Shown: in pieces, positions 1 through 9,219 of the stretch | Position numbering within the stretch: the stretch's first letter is position 1 | Layout of the letters: every line of letters begins with the position of its first letter | NCBI GenBank assembly: GCA_046758745.1 | Contig: JBHIAV010000033.1 | Location: 1-31,647 of the forward strand | DNA: 31,647 nt | DNA from: Gemmatimonadota bacterium | GTDB taxonomy: Bacteria > Gemmatimonadota > Gemmatimonadetes > Palauibacterales > Palauibacteraceae | Reading direction: 5' to 3' | The notes under the pieces: generated by a model | Seen by the model: the letters and a program-made list of their open reading frames with translations, nothing else | What the model was told of the DNA's origin: nothing | Databases searched by the model: none | Translations under genes and position numbers: made by a program

Positions 1-271
1 GGGAGACGGAGTGTCAACCGCGCCTGCCTGCGGGCCTACGGCCCGTGTCCTCTCATCGATCCTCAGCAGGCAGCGGCCGCCGCGAAGACCCGATGGGCGC
101 ACGCCGCGACGGCGCCGCTCGCGGCCAGCGCCAACGACCGACGGCCAGGGCCCGGGCTCTGCGGTCGTCCCCTTAGGCCTCGAGGGTAGCACGCCCGCGC
201 CCCGGCTTCCGACCCCCGTTTTCCCGACCGAGCGGCGAGGGCCCAGCCCGAGCCGGCCACACTGCTGCCGG

Positions 272-511
272 CTACCAGTCTTCCTCGCCCCCGGCGCGCC
301 GCGGGTGAAAGCTCTCTTCTTCCTCTAACTCCTCGTACTCCTCCCACTCGTCGAAGTCGTCGAGGTCCTCCCACTCCTCGTCGTCGAAGTCGTCGTCGTC
401 GAGGTCCTCGTCGTCGAACTCCTCGTCGTCCCAATCGTCCTCGCCGTCCAACTTCGCGACGAGCTCGACGACCTCCTCGCTGCAGGAGGGGACGAGAGTC
501 GCGTACGACAT
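272..511 (-). CDS. Small highly acidic (Asp/Glu-rich) hypothetical protein, 79 aa
   Basis: ATG preceded by strong SD GAGGAGG with a 7-nt spacer; 40 of 79 residues are D/E; candidate promoter upstream. Confidence 0.75.
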   Translation of the reverse strand: MSYATLVPSCSEEVVELVAKLDGEDDWDDEEFDDEDLDDDDFDDEEWEDLDDFDEWEEYEELEEEESFHPRRAGGEEDW

Positions 512-554
512 GAAAAATCCTCCTCATGAGTGACCCGGCACGGCATCCAGCCCC

Positions 555-583
555 CTTGTAAGTCGGGCACCGGGCCTTGTCAA
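555..583 (-). promoter_or_regulatory. Candidate sigma70 promoter for the acidic protein gene
   Basis: Perfect TTGACA (583-578), 17-bp spacer, then TACAAG (560-555); the -10 is imperfect. Confidence 0.45.
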
Positions 584-729
584 GATGGTCGGATCGGCAT
601 GGTCGGATCGCGCGGCGACCTGCTGCCTGGCATCGCGATCGGCCCGGCGCTCGGGTGACGTCCGAGCCGCCGCTCCGATGGTGAAATCCGATTGCCGCCC
701 CTGGTGGCCCCACGTACCTTGGCCGTTGC

Positions 730-1788
730 ATGACCCGGTGCACCGACTCCCGACCGAGCTCTCCGGCTCCGGCATCACGAACCGCGGCGTCACGACTCCC
801 GATTCCGTGGGCCGTCGCCCTGGCCTTCCTCACCGCAGGGTGCGGAAAGCCCTCCTCCTTCGGCGAGGCGAACAGCCTGATCGTCGTCGCGCCGGACTCC
901 CTGTGGAGCCAGGTGAGCGAGGAGACGTACGCCCGCCTCGAGCCGACGATCTTCACCACGCGCGAGGAGAAGAAGTTCGTCGTCACGCACGTGGATCCTG
1001 CCTCGCCGCAGCTCGGCCAGCTCCTCCTGTGGCGGCAGGTGCTCGTCTTCGCGCCTCCGCGTGATGAGCGCCTGGACCGGATCCTTCGCGCGGCGGGGAG
1101 GAAGGGAGAGAGGGGCCCGGCCATCGTGCAGGCGGAGGACGTGTGGGCGCTCGATCAACTCGCCACGGCGGTCGTCCTCGAGGCGGGGCGCGAGCGCGAG
1201 TCGTGGCGCGAGCTGCTACCCGAGTTGGCGCGCACGGTCGATGAGCAGTACCGCGACTACGTGCGGAGGCGCATGTTCGTGAGCGGCGTGGACAGCGCCA
1301 CGGCCGAGACCCTCGAGCGCCGCTTCGGCTTCTCGATCCAAGTGCCGCGGGTGTACCGCCTTGTCCTGAGGGAGAGCGCCGAAGGCGGCGACATCGCGAT
1401 CCTCCGCAACGACAACCCGGATCCGAGCGAGCTGATCCGCTCCATCCTCATCCAGGCTCGCCCGCGCGCCGACTCTCTGGCTCCGGAGGCGGTGGCGGAG
1501 TGGCGAGAGTCGGTGGACGGCGTGCACTACAACATCCCACAGCGGATCGACCGGAGCCGCGGCTCCGAGCGAAGCCTCACGGTGGGCGGGAGGCCGGCGG
1601 TCGAGGTGACCGGAACGTGGATCGACGAGGGCGGGGCCGTGCCCGCGGCGGGCCCGTTCATCGCCCGGGCCGTGCAGTGCTCGAAACGCACCGTGTTCCT
1701 CGACGCCTGGCTGTACGCCCCGCAGCGGAGCAAGTACGAGTACATGCTGCAGCTCGAAGAGATCCTCGGCTCGTTTCGGTGCGACTGA
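730..1788 (+). CDS. DUF4837-like lipoprotein
   Basis: Hydrophobic stretch with lipobox LTAG-C; motifs G-x-x-N-S-L-I-V-V, DVWAxxQ, GPF and YAP-x-x-x-K; stop lies 1 nt before the dnaE ATG; exact start uncertain. Confidence 0.75.
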   Translation: MTRCTDSRPSSPAPASRTAASRLPIPWAVALAFLTAGCGKPSSFGEANSLIVVAPDSLWSQVSEETYARLEPTIFTTREEKKFVVTHVDPASPQLGQLLLWRQVLVFAPPRDERLDRILRAAGRKGERGPAIVQAEDVWALDQLATAVVLEAGRERESWRELLPELARTVDEQYRDYVRRRMFVSGVDSATAETLERRFGFSIQVPRVYRLVLRESAEGGDIAILRNDNPDPSELIRSILIQARPRADSLAPEAVAEWRESVDGVHYNIPQRIDRSRGSERSLTVGGRPAVEVTGTWIDEGGAVPAAGPFIARAVQCSKRTVFLDAWLYAPQRSKYEYMLQLEEILGSFRCD

Positions 1789-1789
1789 G

Positions 1790-4700
1790 ATGTCGTTCGT
1801 CCATCTCCACACCCACAGCGAGTACTCCCTCCTCGACGGCGCGAACCGGATCGACGACCTGATCGACGGCGCGGTTCGGATGGGGATGCCGGCCGTTGCC
1901 CTCACCGATCACGGCAACCTGCACGGGGCGTGGGAGTTCCAGGAGAAGGCGCGCCGGCGCGGCATCCGGCCGATCATCGGGTGTGAGGCGTACATCGCCT
2001 ACGGCGACCGACGGGTGCGGCAGAAGCCGCTGGACGCGCCCGCCGAGTACGCGCACCTGGTCCTCCTGGCGTGCGACCTCACGGGCTACCGGAATCTCGT
2101 GCGTCTCACCTCGATCGGCTATCGGGAGGGCTTCTACCGCCGGCCGCGCATCGACCACGACGTCCTCCTGCGCTACTCGGACGGTCTCCTTGTGCTGAGC
2201 GCTTGTCTGTCGGGGGAGATCGCCAAGTTCCTGCAGCTCGGCCGCTACGATCGCGCGAAAGAGGCGGCCGAGTTCTACGCCAGCCACTTCGGACCGGGGC
2301 GCTACTGGCTGGAGGTGCAGAAGCACGGGATCCCCGGCCAGGACGATGTGAACGAGGGGGTTTTCCGACTCGCGGAGGAGCTCGGTCTGGGCGTCGTCGT
2401 CACGAACGACGCGCATTACCTGCGGCGCGAGGACGCCGACGCGCACGACACTCTGCTGTGCATAGGGACGGGGAAGGACAAGGACGACCCGAACCGTCTC
2501 CGCTTCTACGGGGCGGAGAGCTACTTCAAGTCGCCCGAGGAGATGGCGGCGCTCTTCCCGGACCGCCCGGAGCTGGTGGCCAACACGCTCCATATCGCCG
2601 AGCGGTGTGACGTGGAGTTCGAGCAGAAGTACTACCTGCCGAGCTTTCCCCTCCCGTCCGGCTTCGACGACGAGGCCGCCCTCCTCCGCCACCTCGCCGA
2701 GAAGGGCGCTCGGGAGCGCTACGGCGATCCTCTTCCGCCCGAGGTCCGCGAGCGGCTCGACTACGAGCTCGGCGTCATCGCCGAGACCGGGTATGCCGGC
2801 TACTTCCTCATCGTGTGGGACTTCATCCGCGCCGCGCGGGAGCTCGACATTCCCGTCGGGCCGGGGCGTGGCTCGGCGGCCGGCTCGATCGTCTCCTACG
2901 CGCTTCGGATCACCGACCTCGATCCGCTCGAGTTCGATCTCCTGTTCGAGCGCTTCCTCAACCCCGAGCGGATCTCGATGCCCGACATCGACATCGATTT
3001 CTGCTACGAGCGGCGCGGCGAGATCATCGACTACGTCCGGAAGAAGTACGGGCAGGAGTCGGTCGGACAGATCATCACCTTCGGCACGATGAAGGCGCGC
3101 GCGGTGGTGCGCGACGTGGGGCGGGTCCTCGGCTTCACCCCGCAGGAGACCGACAGGCTGGCCAAGCTGATCCCGAGCGGACCCGGCTACTCCCTCACCG
3201 TCGCGAAGGCGGTGGAGAAGGTCCTCGAGCTCAAGGACGCATACGAGAACGACGCCCGAACCCGCAAGCTTCTGGACTACGCGCGGCGCATCGAGGGGCT
3301 GGCGCGCCACGCCTCGGTGCACGCGGCCGGCGTGGTGATCGCTCCCGGACCGCTCGAGGAGTACGTCCCCGTGTGCATCGACGCCAGGAGCGAGGACGGG
3401 TCGGTCATCACGCAGTACGACATGATCGCGCTCGAGAAGGCGGGGATGCTCAAGATGGACTTCCTCGGCCTGCGCACGCTCACCGTGATCCACGACGCGG
3501 AGCGGGCGATCGAGGAGCGGGACGGGGTGGAGGTGGATTGGGACGAGATCGGGCTCGAGGACCCGGAGACGTACCGAATGCTCGCCGCGGGCGGGACGAG
3601 CGGGATCTTCCAGTTCGAGTCCTCGCTCGCCACCGAGAAGCTCCGCGCCATGCGGTGCGATCGCTTCGACGACCTGATCGCGGTGAACGCGCTCATCCGG
3701 CCGGGTCCGCTGGACACCGGGATGGCCGATGTCTACATCCGGCGCAAGCGGGGCTTCGAGCCGGTGACCTACCCTCATCCGGACCTCGCCGAGGTGCTCG
3801 AGCCGACGTACGGCGTCATCACCTACCAGGAGCAGGTGATGCGGGTGGCCAACGTCCTCGCCGGCTTCTCGCTCGCCGAAGCGGACGTGCTCCGCAAAGC
3901 GGTGGGGAAAAAGGACGCGGCGCTCACCGAGAAGGTGCTCGCGGACTTCCGCGCGCGCGCGGTCGAGCGGGGCGTCCAGGAACGCCAGGCGAAGGAGATC
4001 GCAGAGCTCATCCGCACGTTCGGCCGGTACGGGTTCAACAAGGCGCACGCGGCGGCCTACGCCCTGATCTCGTACCGCACGGCGTGGCTGAAGGCACACT
4101 ATCCGGCCGAGTTCATCGCGGCTCTCCTCTCCTCCGAGATCGGGAACACCGACAAGGTCGTCGCTTACATCGCCTCCGCCCGCGCGCTGGGGATCGAGAT
4201 CATGCCGCCGAGCGTCAACGAGTCCGGATACAAGTTCACGGTGGTTGACGACCGGCGGATACGCTTCGGGCTCGGGGCGATCCGGGGGGTGGGCCAGTCG
4301 GCGATCCAGTCGATCCTCGATGGACGAGTGGACGGGAAGTACGCGTCGCTGTTCGACTTCTGCCAGAGGGTGGACCTTCGGCTCAACAACAAGCGCGTGC
4401 TCGAGTGCCTCATCCAGTCCGGGGCGCTGGACGACCTGGGCGAGCGGGCTTCCCTGCTCGCCGGCCTCGAGGCGGCTCTGGCGGAGGCGCAGCTCCGTCA
4501 GCGGGAGCGCGAGACGGGCCAGGCCTCCCTCTTCGGAGAGGGTTCGGGGGCGCAGCGCCCGGAGCCGCAGCTGCCCCAGGTCGAGCCGATGGCGGAGGCG
4601 GAGCGCCTCAAGCTCGAGAAGGAGGTGCTCGGGTTCTACATCTCGGGTCACCCGCTGGAGCGCTTCCGCGAGCTGGTCGAGCTCTTCTCGCTGGAGGCCA

Positions 4701-5254
4701 ACACGTCGACCATCGGCGAGATGCGCGAGCAGAAGGTCGAGCTTGCCTGCGTGGTGACGGGCACGGCGGTTCGGGTCTCCCGGCGGGACGGCCGCGAATG
4801 GTGCCGGCTCACCATCGAGGACTTCCACGGCACCGCCACGGCCCTCGTGTTCGGGGACACGTGGCTCGACAGCCGGACCGTGCTGACCCAGGACGCCCCG
4901 GTGCTGATCGCCGGCACGGTCTCCGGAAACTCGCGCGATGAGGAGGACCCCCCCATCTTCATCGACTCGGTCCGGCCGCTCAGCGAGGTGCGGGCCACCG
5001 GCCGCATCGGGATCTGCATCGAGCTGCGACCGGGGGACCGTCTCGGGCCGGAGGCGTTCAGCCGCGTTCGGAGCCTCGTCGAAGCCTCGCCGGGCAGCGG
5101 GCCGCTGTACGTAAGATGGCGGGGGGAGGAGGGCAACGGGAACGAGCCGCCGATCCTGGCGTCCGAGTCGCTCCGGGTCTCTCCGACGGCCGGCCTTCTC
5201 GCCGAGCTTCGATCGGTGCTCGGGAGCGAGCGCGTCCGGCTCATCCGGGTGTAG
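1790..5254 (+). CDS. dnaE: DNA polymerase III alpha subunit
   Basis: PHP motif FVHLHTHSEYSLLDG; GPGRGSAAGS; catalytic PDIDID; YGFNKAH; clamp-binding-like QASLF; OB fold; 1154 aa with no intein. Confidence 0.98.
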   Translation: MSFVHLHTHSEYSLLDGANRIDDLIDGAVRMGMPAVALTDHGNLHGAWEFQEKARRRGIRPIIGCEAYIAYGDRRVRQKPLDAPAEYAHLVLLACDLTGYRNLVRLTSIGYREGFYRRPRIDHDVLLRYSDGLLVLSACLSGEIAKFLQLGRYDRAKEAAEFYASHFGPGRYWLEVQKHGIPGQDDVNEGVFRLAEELGLGVVVTNDAHYLRREDADAHDTLLCIGTGKDKDDPNRLRFYGAESYFKSPEEMAALFPDRPELVANTLHIAERCDVEFEQKYYLPSFPLPSGFDDEAALLRHLAEKGARERYGDPLPPEVRERLDYELGVIAETGYAGYFLIVWDFIRAARELDIPVGPGRGSAAGSIVSYALRITDLDPLEFDLLFERFLNPERISMPDIDIDFCYERRGEIIDYVRKKYGQESVGQIITFGTMKARAVVRDVGRVLGFTPQETDRLAKLIPSGPGYSLTVAKAVEKVLELKDAYENDARTRKLLDYARRIEGLARHASVHAAGVVIAPGPLEEYVPVCIDARSEDGSVITQYDMIALEKAGMLKMDFLGLRTLTVIHDAERAIEERDGVEVDWDEIGLEDPETYRMLAAGGTSGIFQFESSLATEKLRAMRCDRFDDLIAVNALIRPGPLDTGMADVYIRRKRGFEPVTYPHPDLAEVLEPTYGVITYQEQVMRVANVLAGFSLAEADVLRKAVGKKDAALTEKVLADFRARAVERGVQERQAKEIAELIRTFGRYGFNKAHAAAYALISYRTAWLKAHYPAEFIAALLSSEIGNTDKVVAYIASARALGIEIMPPSVNESGYKFTVVDDRRIRFGLGAIRGVGQSAIQSILDGRVDGKYASLFDFCQRVDLRLNNKRVLECLIQSGALDDLGERASLLAGLEAALAEAQLRQRERETGQASLFGEGSGAQRPEPQLPQVEPMAEAERLKLEKEVLGFYISGHPLERFRELVELFSLEANTSTIGEMREQKVELACVVTGTAVRVSRRDGREWCRLTIEDFHGTATALVFGDTWLDSRTVLTQDAPVLIAGTVSGNSRDEEDPPIFIDSVRPLSEVRATGRIGICIELRPGDRLGPEAFSRVRSLVEASPGSGPLYVRWRGEEGNGNEPPILASESLRVSPTAGLLAELRSVLGSERVRLIRV

Positions 5255-5297
5255 CCGGCCGCGCGGGCGGCGCGCGTCCCCAGAAGACGAGGAGTCG

Positions 5298-6248
5298 ATG
5301 GCGCTGGAGCGCGAGACGGACATGACGGACATCCGCCGGCAACTGGTGGACCTCCGCGACCTCGCGGAGCGGCGCGGGATCGATGTCTCCCGGCAGGTGC
5401 ACGAGCTCGAGCAGAAGCTCGAGGAGGAGCACGCCGCCATGGTCGAGGGCCTCTCGCGCTACGATCGGGTCAAGCTGGCCCGGCACCAGTCGCGTCCCTT
5501 CACGCTGGACTACGTGGAGCGGCTGTGCGACGACTGGGTCGAGCTGCACGGCGACCGGCGCTTCCGTGACGACCCGGCGATAGTCGGAGGCTGGGCGACG
5601 TTCGCGGGCCGGACGATCATGGTGATCGGGCAGCAGAAGGGCCGCGACATCAAGGAGAACCTGCACCGCAACTTCGGGTCGCCGCACCCGGAGGGGTATC
5701 GCAAGGCGGAGCGGCTGATGCGACTCGGCGAGAAGTTCCGCCGGTCCATCGTCACCTTCGTCGACACGCAGGGGGCGTATCCGGGCATCGGGGCCGAGGA
5801 GCGCGGCCAGGCGGAGGCGATCGCGCGCAACCTCTTCGTGATGGCGGGGCTCCGGACGCCGATCGTGAGCTGCGTGATCGGCGAGGGCGGAAGCGGCGGA
5901 GCACTCGCAATCTCGGTAGCCGACCGGATACTGATGCTCGAGAACGCCATCTACTCGGTGATCTCCCCCGAGGGGTGCGCGGCGATCCTGTGGAGGAGCC
6001 GGGAGCACGCCGAGGACGCCGCCGAGGCGCTCAAGCTCACGGCCACGGACCTCCTCGAGCACGGGATCATCGATGAGATCGTGCCGGAGCCGCCGGGAGG
6101 GGCCCACACCGACCCCGACGAGGCGGCGCGGGCGCTGGGGGAGGCGCTGAAGCGACATCTGGACGAGCTCGAGGGGATCGAGCCCGAAGAGCTGCTCGCC
6201 GGGCGCCGTAGGAAGTACTACGGGATTGGAAAGTGGGAAGAGGTGTAG
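5298..6248 (+). CDS. accA: Acetyl-CoA carboxylase carboxyltransferase alpha subunit
   Basis: ELHGDR, RNFG-x-P-x-PEGYRKA, DT-x-GAYPG, GEGGSGGAL, YSVISPEGCAAILW; SD GAGGAG; classic dnaE-accA linkage. Confidence 0.97.
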   Translation: MALERETDMTDIRRQLVDLRDLAERRGIDVSRQVHELEQKLEEEHAAMVEGLSRYDRVKLARHQSRPFTLDYVERLCDDWVELHGDRRFRDDPAIVGGWATFAGRTIMVIGQQKGRDIKENLHRNFGSPHPEGYRKAERLMRLGEKFRRSIVTFVDTQGAYPGIGAEERGQAEAIARNLFVMAGLRTPIVSCVIGEGGSGGALAISVADRILMLENAIYSVISPEGCAAILWRSREHAEDAAEALKLTATDLLEHGIIDEIVPEPPGGAHTDPDEAARALGEALKRHLDELEGIEPEELLAGRRRKYYGIGKWEEV

Positions 6249-6352
6249 GGCGGGACGCTGACACCGGGGCGGTGGCGCGCGGGGTGGAAAGACTCCCCCG
6301 TGCCGCGGCGTTTCCGGGCGGAAAGGAAGCGGCGGGCGCCGACAAACGCCGC

Positions 6353-7225
6353 ATGATGCAGATCGTGCAGGTCCGGTTCAAAGGCGTCCGCACGGACTAC
6401 TACAGCTTCCGTCACGACTCGCCGCTGCGCACGAACGAATACGTGATCGTGGAAGCGGACCGCGGACAGGACCTCGGGTGGGTGAAGCGCGCGGTCGATG
6501 CCGAGAAGCACACCTGCGAGGGCGGCTGCGACCATGTGACGCATCGCCCCGTCGTGCCTCCGGCGAAGCGGGTCCTCCGCCGGGCCTCCCCGTCGGACCT
6601 GGAGCGCCGCATCCAGCTGAGCGAGAACGAGTGGGAGGTTCGCCAGAAGACCCGCGAGCTGGTGAGGAAGCACGGCCTGAAGATGAAGGTGAGCGAGGCG
6701 GAGTGGCAGTGGGACCGGAACAAGCTCACCGTGTACTTCACGGCCGAGAAGCGGGTCGACTTTCGCGCGCTGGTCAAGGAGATGGCCCGGACGTTCAAGA
6801 CCCGGATCGAGCTTCGGCAGATCGGAGTGCGCGACGAGGCCAAGCGTCTCGGAGGCCTGGGCCGATGCGGCCGGGAGCTGTGCTGTCGCTTGTGGCTCCC
6901 CTCGATCGAGCCGGTCACGCTGCAGCTGGCCAAGGACCAGGGGCTCTCGCTCAACCCGGCGCAGATCTCGGGGGCGTGCGGCCGCCTCATGTCCTGCCTC
7001 CGCTACGAGCACGAGTACTACCTGCAGGCGAAGAAGCGCTTCCCGAAGGTGGGGACGATGCTCATGACGAGTCGGGGCGAGGAGGTGGTGACCGAGTGGA
7101 ACCTCTTCAACGACACCATCTCGCTCCGCGGCACCGACGGCGAGACGCGCACGCTTCTCCTCGAGGACCTCAAGGAAGAGACCGCGATGGCGAAGCCGAA
7201 GCTCACCCCCCGTCCCGCCACCTGA
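6353..7225 (+). CDS. ricT: PSP1/RicT (YaaT)-family Fe-S protein
   Basis: RVDFRALVK, TRIELRQIGVRDEAK, GxCGRELCC and LNPxxISGxCGRLMSCLRYE; start placed at ATGATG 6353. Confidence 0.9.
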   Translation: MMQIVQVRFKGVRTDYYSFRHDSPLRTNEYVIVEADRGQDLGWVKRAVDAEKHTCEGGCDHVTHRPVVPPAKRVLRRASPSDLERRIQLSENEWEVRQKTRELVRKHGLKMKVSEAEWQWDRNKLTVYFTAEKRVDFRALVKEMARTFKTRIELRQIGVRDEAKRLGGLGRCGRELCCRLWLPSIEPVTLQLAKDQGLSLNPAQISGACGRLMSCLRYEHEYYLQAKKRFPKVGTMLMTSRGEEVVTEWNLFNDTISLRGTDGETRTLLLEDLKEETAMAKPKLTPRPAT

Positions 7226-7229
7226 CGGC

Positions 7230-8753
7230 TTGGCGCGCACTTACATCACCACGGCCATCGACTACTCGAACGGCGAGCCGCACGTCGGCCATGCCTTCGA
7301 GAAGATCGGCGCCGACGTGATCGCTCGCTATCGCCGCCTTCGCGGGGATGACGTCCGCTTCGTCATCGGAATGGACGAGCACGGACAGAACGTCGCGCAG
7401 GAGGCGGCCCAGCGCGGGATGGAGCCGCAGGCCCTGGTGGACGAGCTCGCCGAGCTGTTCGCCTCGGCGTGGCGACGGCTCGAGATCTCGAACGACGACT
7501 TCATCCGTACGACCGAGCCTCGCCACGCGGCGGCGGTGACGGCGCTCCTCGAGCGTATCCGGGCGGCCGGCGACCTCTACCTCGACCGCTACGCCGGCTA
7601 CTACTGCGAGCGTTGCGAGGCCTTCCGAAAGGAGAGCGAGCTGGTCGAGGGACGATGTCCCTGGCACCCGACGCGCGACATCGTGTGGACGGAGGAGGAG
7701 AACTGGTTCTTCCGCCTCTCGCGCTTCCGCGATCCGCTGCTCGATCACATCGCGCGGAACCCCGACTTCATCCGGCCCGACAGCCGGCGGAACGAGATCC
7801 TCCGCCTCCTGGAGGGCGGGCTGGAGGACATTTCGGCATCGCGGGCCCGGATTCCGTGGGGAATCCCCTTCCCGGGGGCCGAGGATCACACGGTGTACGT
7901 GTGGCTCGACGCGGTGACGAACTACCTCTCAGCGGTCGGCTTCCCGGCTGAGGAGTACGGCGAGTGGTGGCCGGCGAACCTGCACGTCATCGGTAAGGAC
8001 ATCACCCGATTCCACTGCGTGATCTGGCCCGCGATGCTGATGTCGGCCGGGGTGGAGCTTCCGCGAGCAGTGTGGGGACACGGCTTCGTGATGATCGGTG
8101 GAGGCAAGCTCTCCAAGTCGGAAGCGCTCCTCCTCGAGCTGGGCGCGCTCGTCGATCGGCACGGTCCGGACGCCTTCCGCTACTTCCTCCTGCGGGAAGC
8201 CCCGTGGGACTCGGACCGCGATTTCCCCTCGGTACAGGCCTTCCTCGACCGGTTCGACGAGCGGTACAACGCAGATCTCGCGAACGACCTGGGGAACCTG
8301 CTCAACCGCAGCCTGACCATGATCCGCAAGTACCGGGGTGGGGAGGTGCCGGAAGGGGAGCCCACGTCGCTCGACGAGGAGACGGAGCGGGCCCTCGGGG
8401 CGTACCACGAGCGCATGGAGGCCCTCCTTCTCAACCGGGCGCTCGAGGCGGCGATGTCGGTGGTGCGCGAGGCGAACGGCTTCATCGACGCCAGTCAGCC
8501 GTGGAAGCTCGCCAAGGAGCCGGAGAGCGCGGCTCGCCTCGACGGCGTGCTGGGCAGCGTGGCGCGGGCGCTCGCCGCCGCCGCCGCCATGTTCGCCCCC
8601 TTCATGCCGTCGAAGTCGAGGGAGCTGTGGGCGCGTCTCGGTGGGGAGGGCTCGGTCCCGTCGTTCACGGAGCTGGCGACCCGACGGGTGCGTCGCCTTC
8701 CTGCGGATGCGGGCCCGGTGCTCTTCCCTCGCGTGGAGGCACGGGCGGGCTGA
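7230..8753 (+). CDS. metG: Methionyl-tRNA synthetase, short form without C-terminal tRNA-binding domain
   Basis: YITTAIDY, HVGH (HIGH motif), DEHG, Zn knuckle CERC...CPWH, YVWLDA, IGKDI, KLSKS (KMSKS motif), LANDLGNLLNR; TTG start. Confidence 0.96.
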   Translation: MARTYITTAIDYSNGEPHVGHAFEKIGADVIARYRRLRGDDVRFVIGMDEHGQNVAQEAAQRGMEPQALVDELAELFASAWRRLEISNDDFIRTTEPRHAAAVTALLERIRAAGDLYLDRYAGYYCERCEAFRKESELVEGRCPWHPTRDIVWTEEENWFFRLSRFRDPLLDHIARNPDFIRPDSRRNEILRLLEGGLEDISASRARIPWGIPFPGAEDHTVYVWLDAVTNYLSAVGFPAEEYGEWWPANLHVIGKDITRFHCVIWPAMLMSAGVELPRAVWGHGFVMIGGGKLSKSEALLLELGALVDRHGPDAFRYFLLREAPWDSDRDFPSVQAFLDRFDERYNADLANDLGNLLNRSLTMIRKYRGGEVPEGEPTSLDEETERALGAYHERMEALLLNRALEAAMSVVREANGFIDASQPWKLAKEPESAARLDGVLGSVARALAAAAAMFAPFMPSKSRELWARLGGEGSVPSFTELATRRVRRLPADAGPVLFPRVEARAG

Positions 8754-8953
8754 TGCCCGTGATCGGCCAGAGGCTTCGCACCATCGGCCCTTCCCAGGCG
8801 CAGAGGCGGGGTGGGCTGAGCCGGGCGGGCCGAGGCGGTCGGGGCCGAGGCGCTCGAGCCAGGCAGGCTGAGCCGGCGCTGGCCGACGCGAGCGGCCGTG
8901 ACCCGGCGGGTGCTTCGCGCTGGCCGACGACGAGGCCGGGGGACGGGCCGGCC

Positions 8954-8982
8954 TTGACACTTCCGGGCACGCGTGCTAGCCT
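8954..8982 (+). promoter_or_regulatory. Sigma70 promoter upstream of the M23 peptidase gene
   Basis: TTGACA (8954-8959), 17-bp spacer, extended -10 TG-c-TAGCCT (8977-8982). Confidence 0.7.
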
Positions 8983-9219
8983 GGCGGCCTTTGGGGGGAG
9001 GCCAATTCACACCGCCGGATAATTATTTCACACAGCGGCCGTCGGATGCCGCGCGCGTGTGGCGCCAGGGAACCCGTACAGCTACAGCGCAAGAGCAACG
9101 CATGTGCACGACACGGCTCGAACTCGCACCGGCTGCCGCCCCTCGGGCGCGGAGCGTGCCGACAAGGACCCCCCCGGCCGTGAACGCCACGGCCTTTCCC
9201 ACCCACCCGGGGGCCCGAG

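Noticed and set aside
12-17. TTGACA on the minus strand at the left edge
   Set aside because: The -10 element and target gene would lie outside the window, so it cannot be evaluated
325-450. Tandem TCG/TCC repeats resembling a repeat array or CRISPR
   Set aside because: Explained by Asp/Glu codons of the acidic protein; no constant repeat with unique spacers
1790-5254. Possible intein or DnaE2-type mutasome polymerase
   Set aside because: Normal length, no splice motifs, intact PHP domain and C-terminal domain, no imuA/imuB, accA linkage: replicative DnaE
1658-5440. 1260-aa antisense ORF over dnaE, and similar long ORFs (22943-24532, 11923-13710, 27158-28834, 27717-29114)
   Set aside because: Shadow frames expected from high GC3 codon bias; no recognisable motifs; they overlap well-supported genes
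6311-6335. CCGGGCGGAAAGGAAGCGGC resembling SRP RNA domain IV
   Set aside because: Lacks the CAGG/AGCA internal loop and the long enclosing helix
8800-8885. Short repeats GGCCGAGGCG and GGCTGAGCCGG, each twice, after metG
   Set aside because: Too short and GC-rich to be distinguished from chance; not seen as a REP family elsewhere in the window
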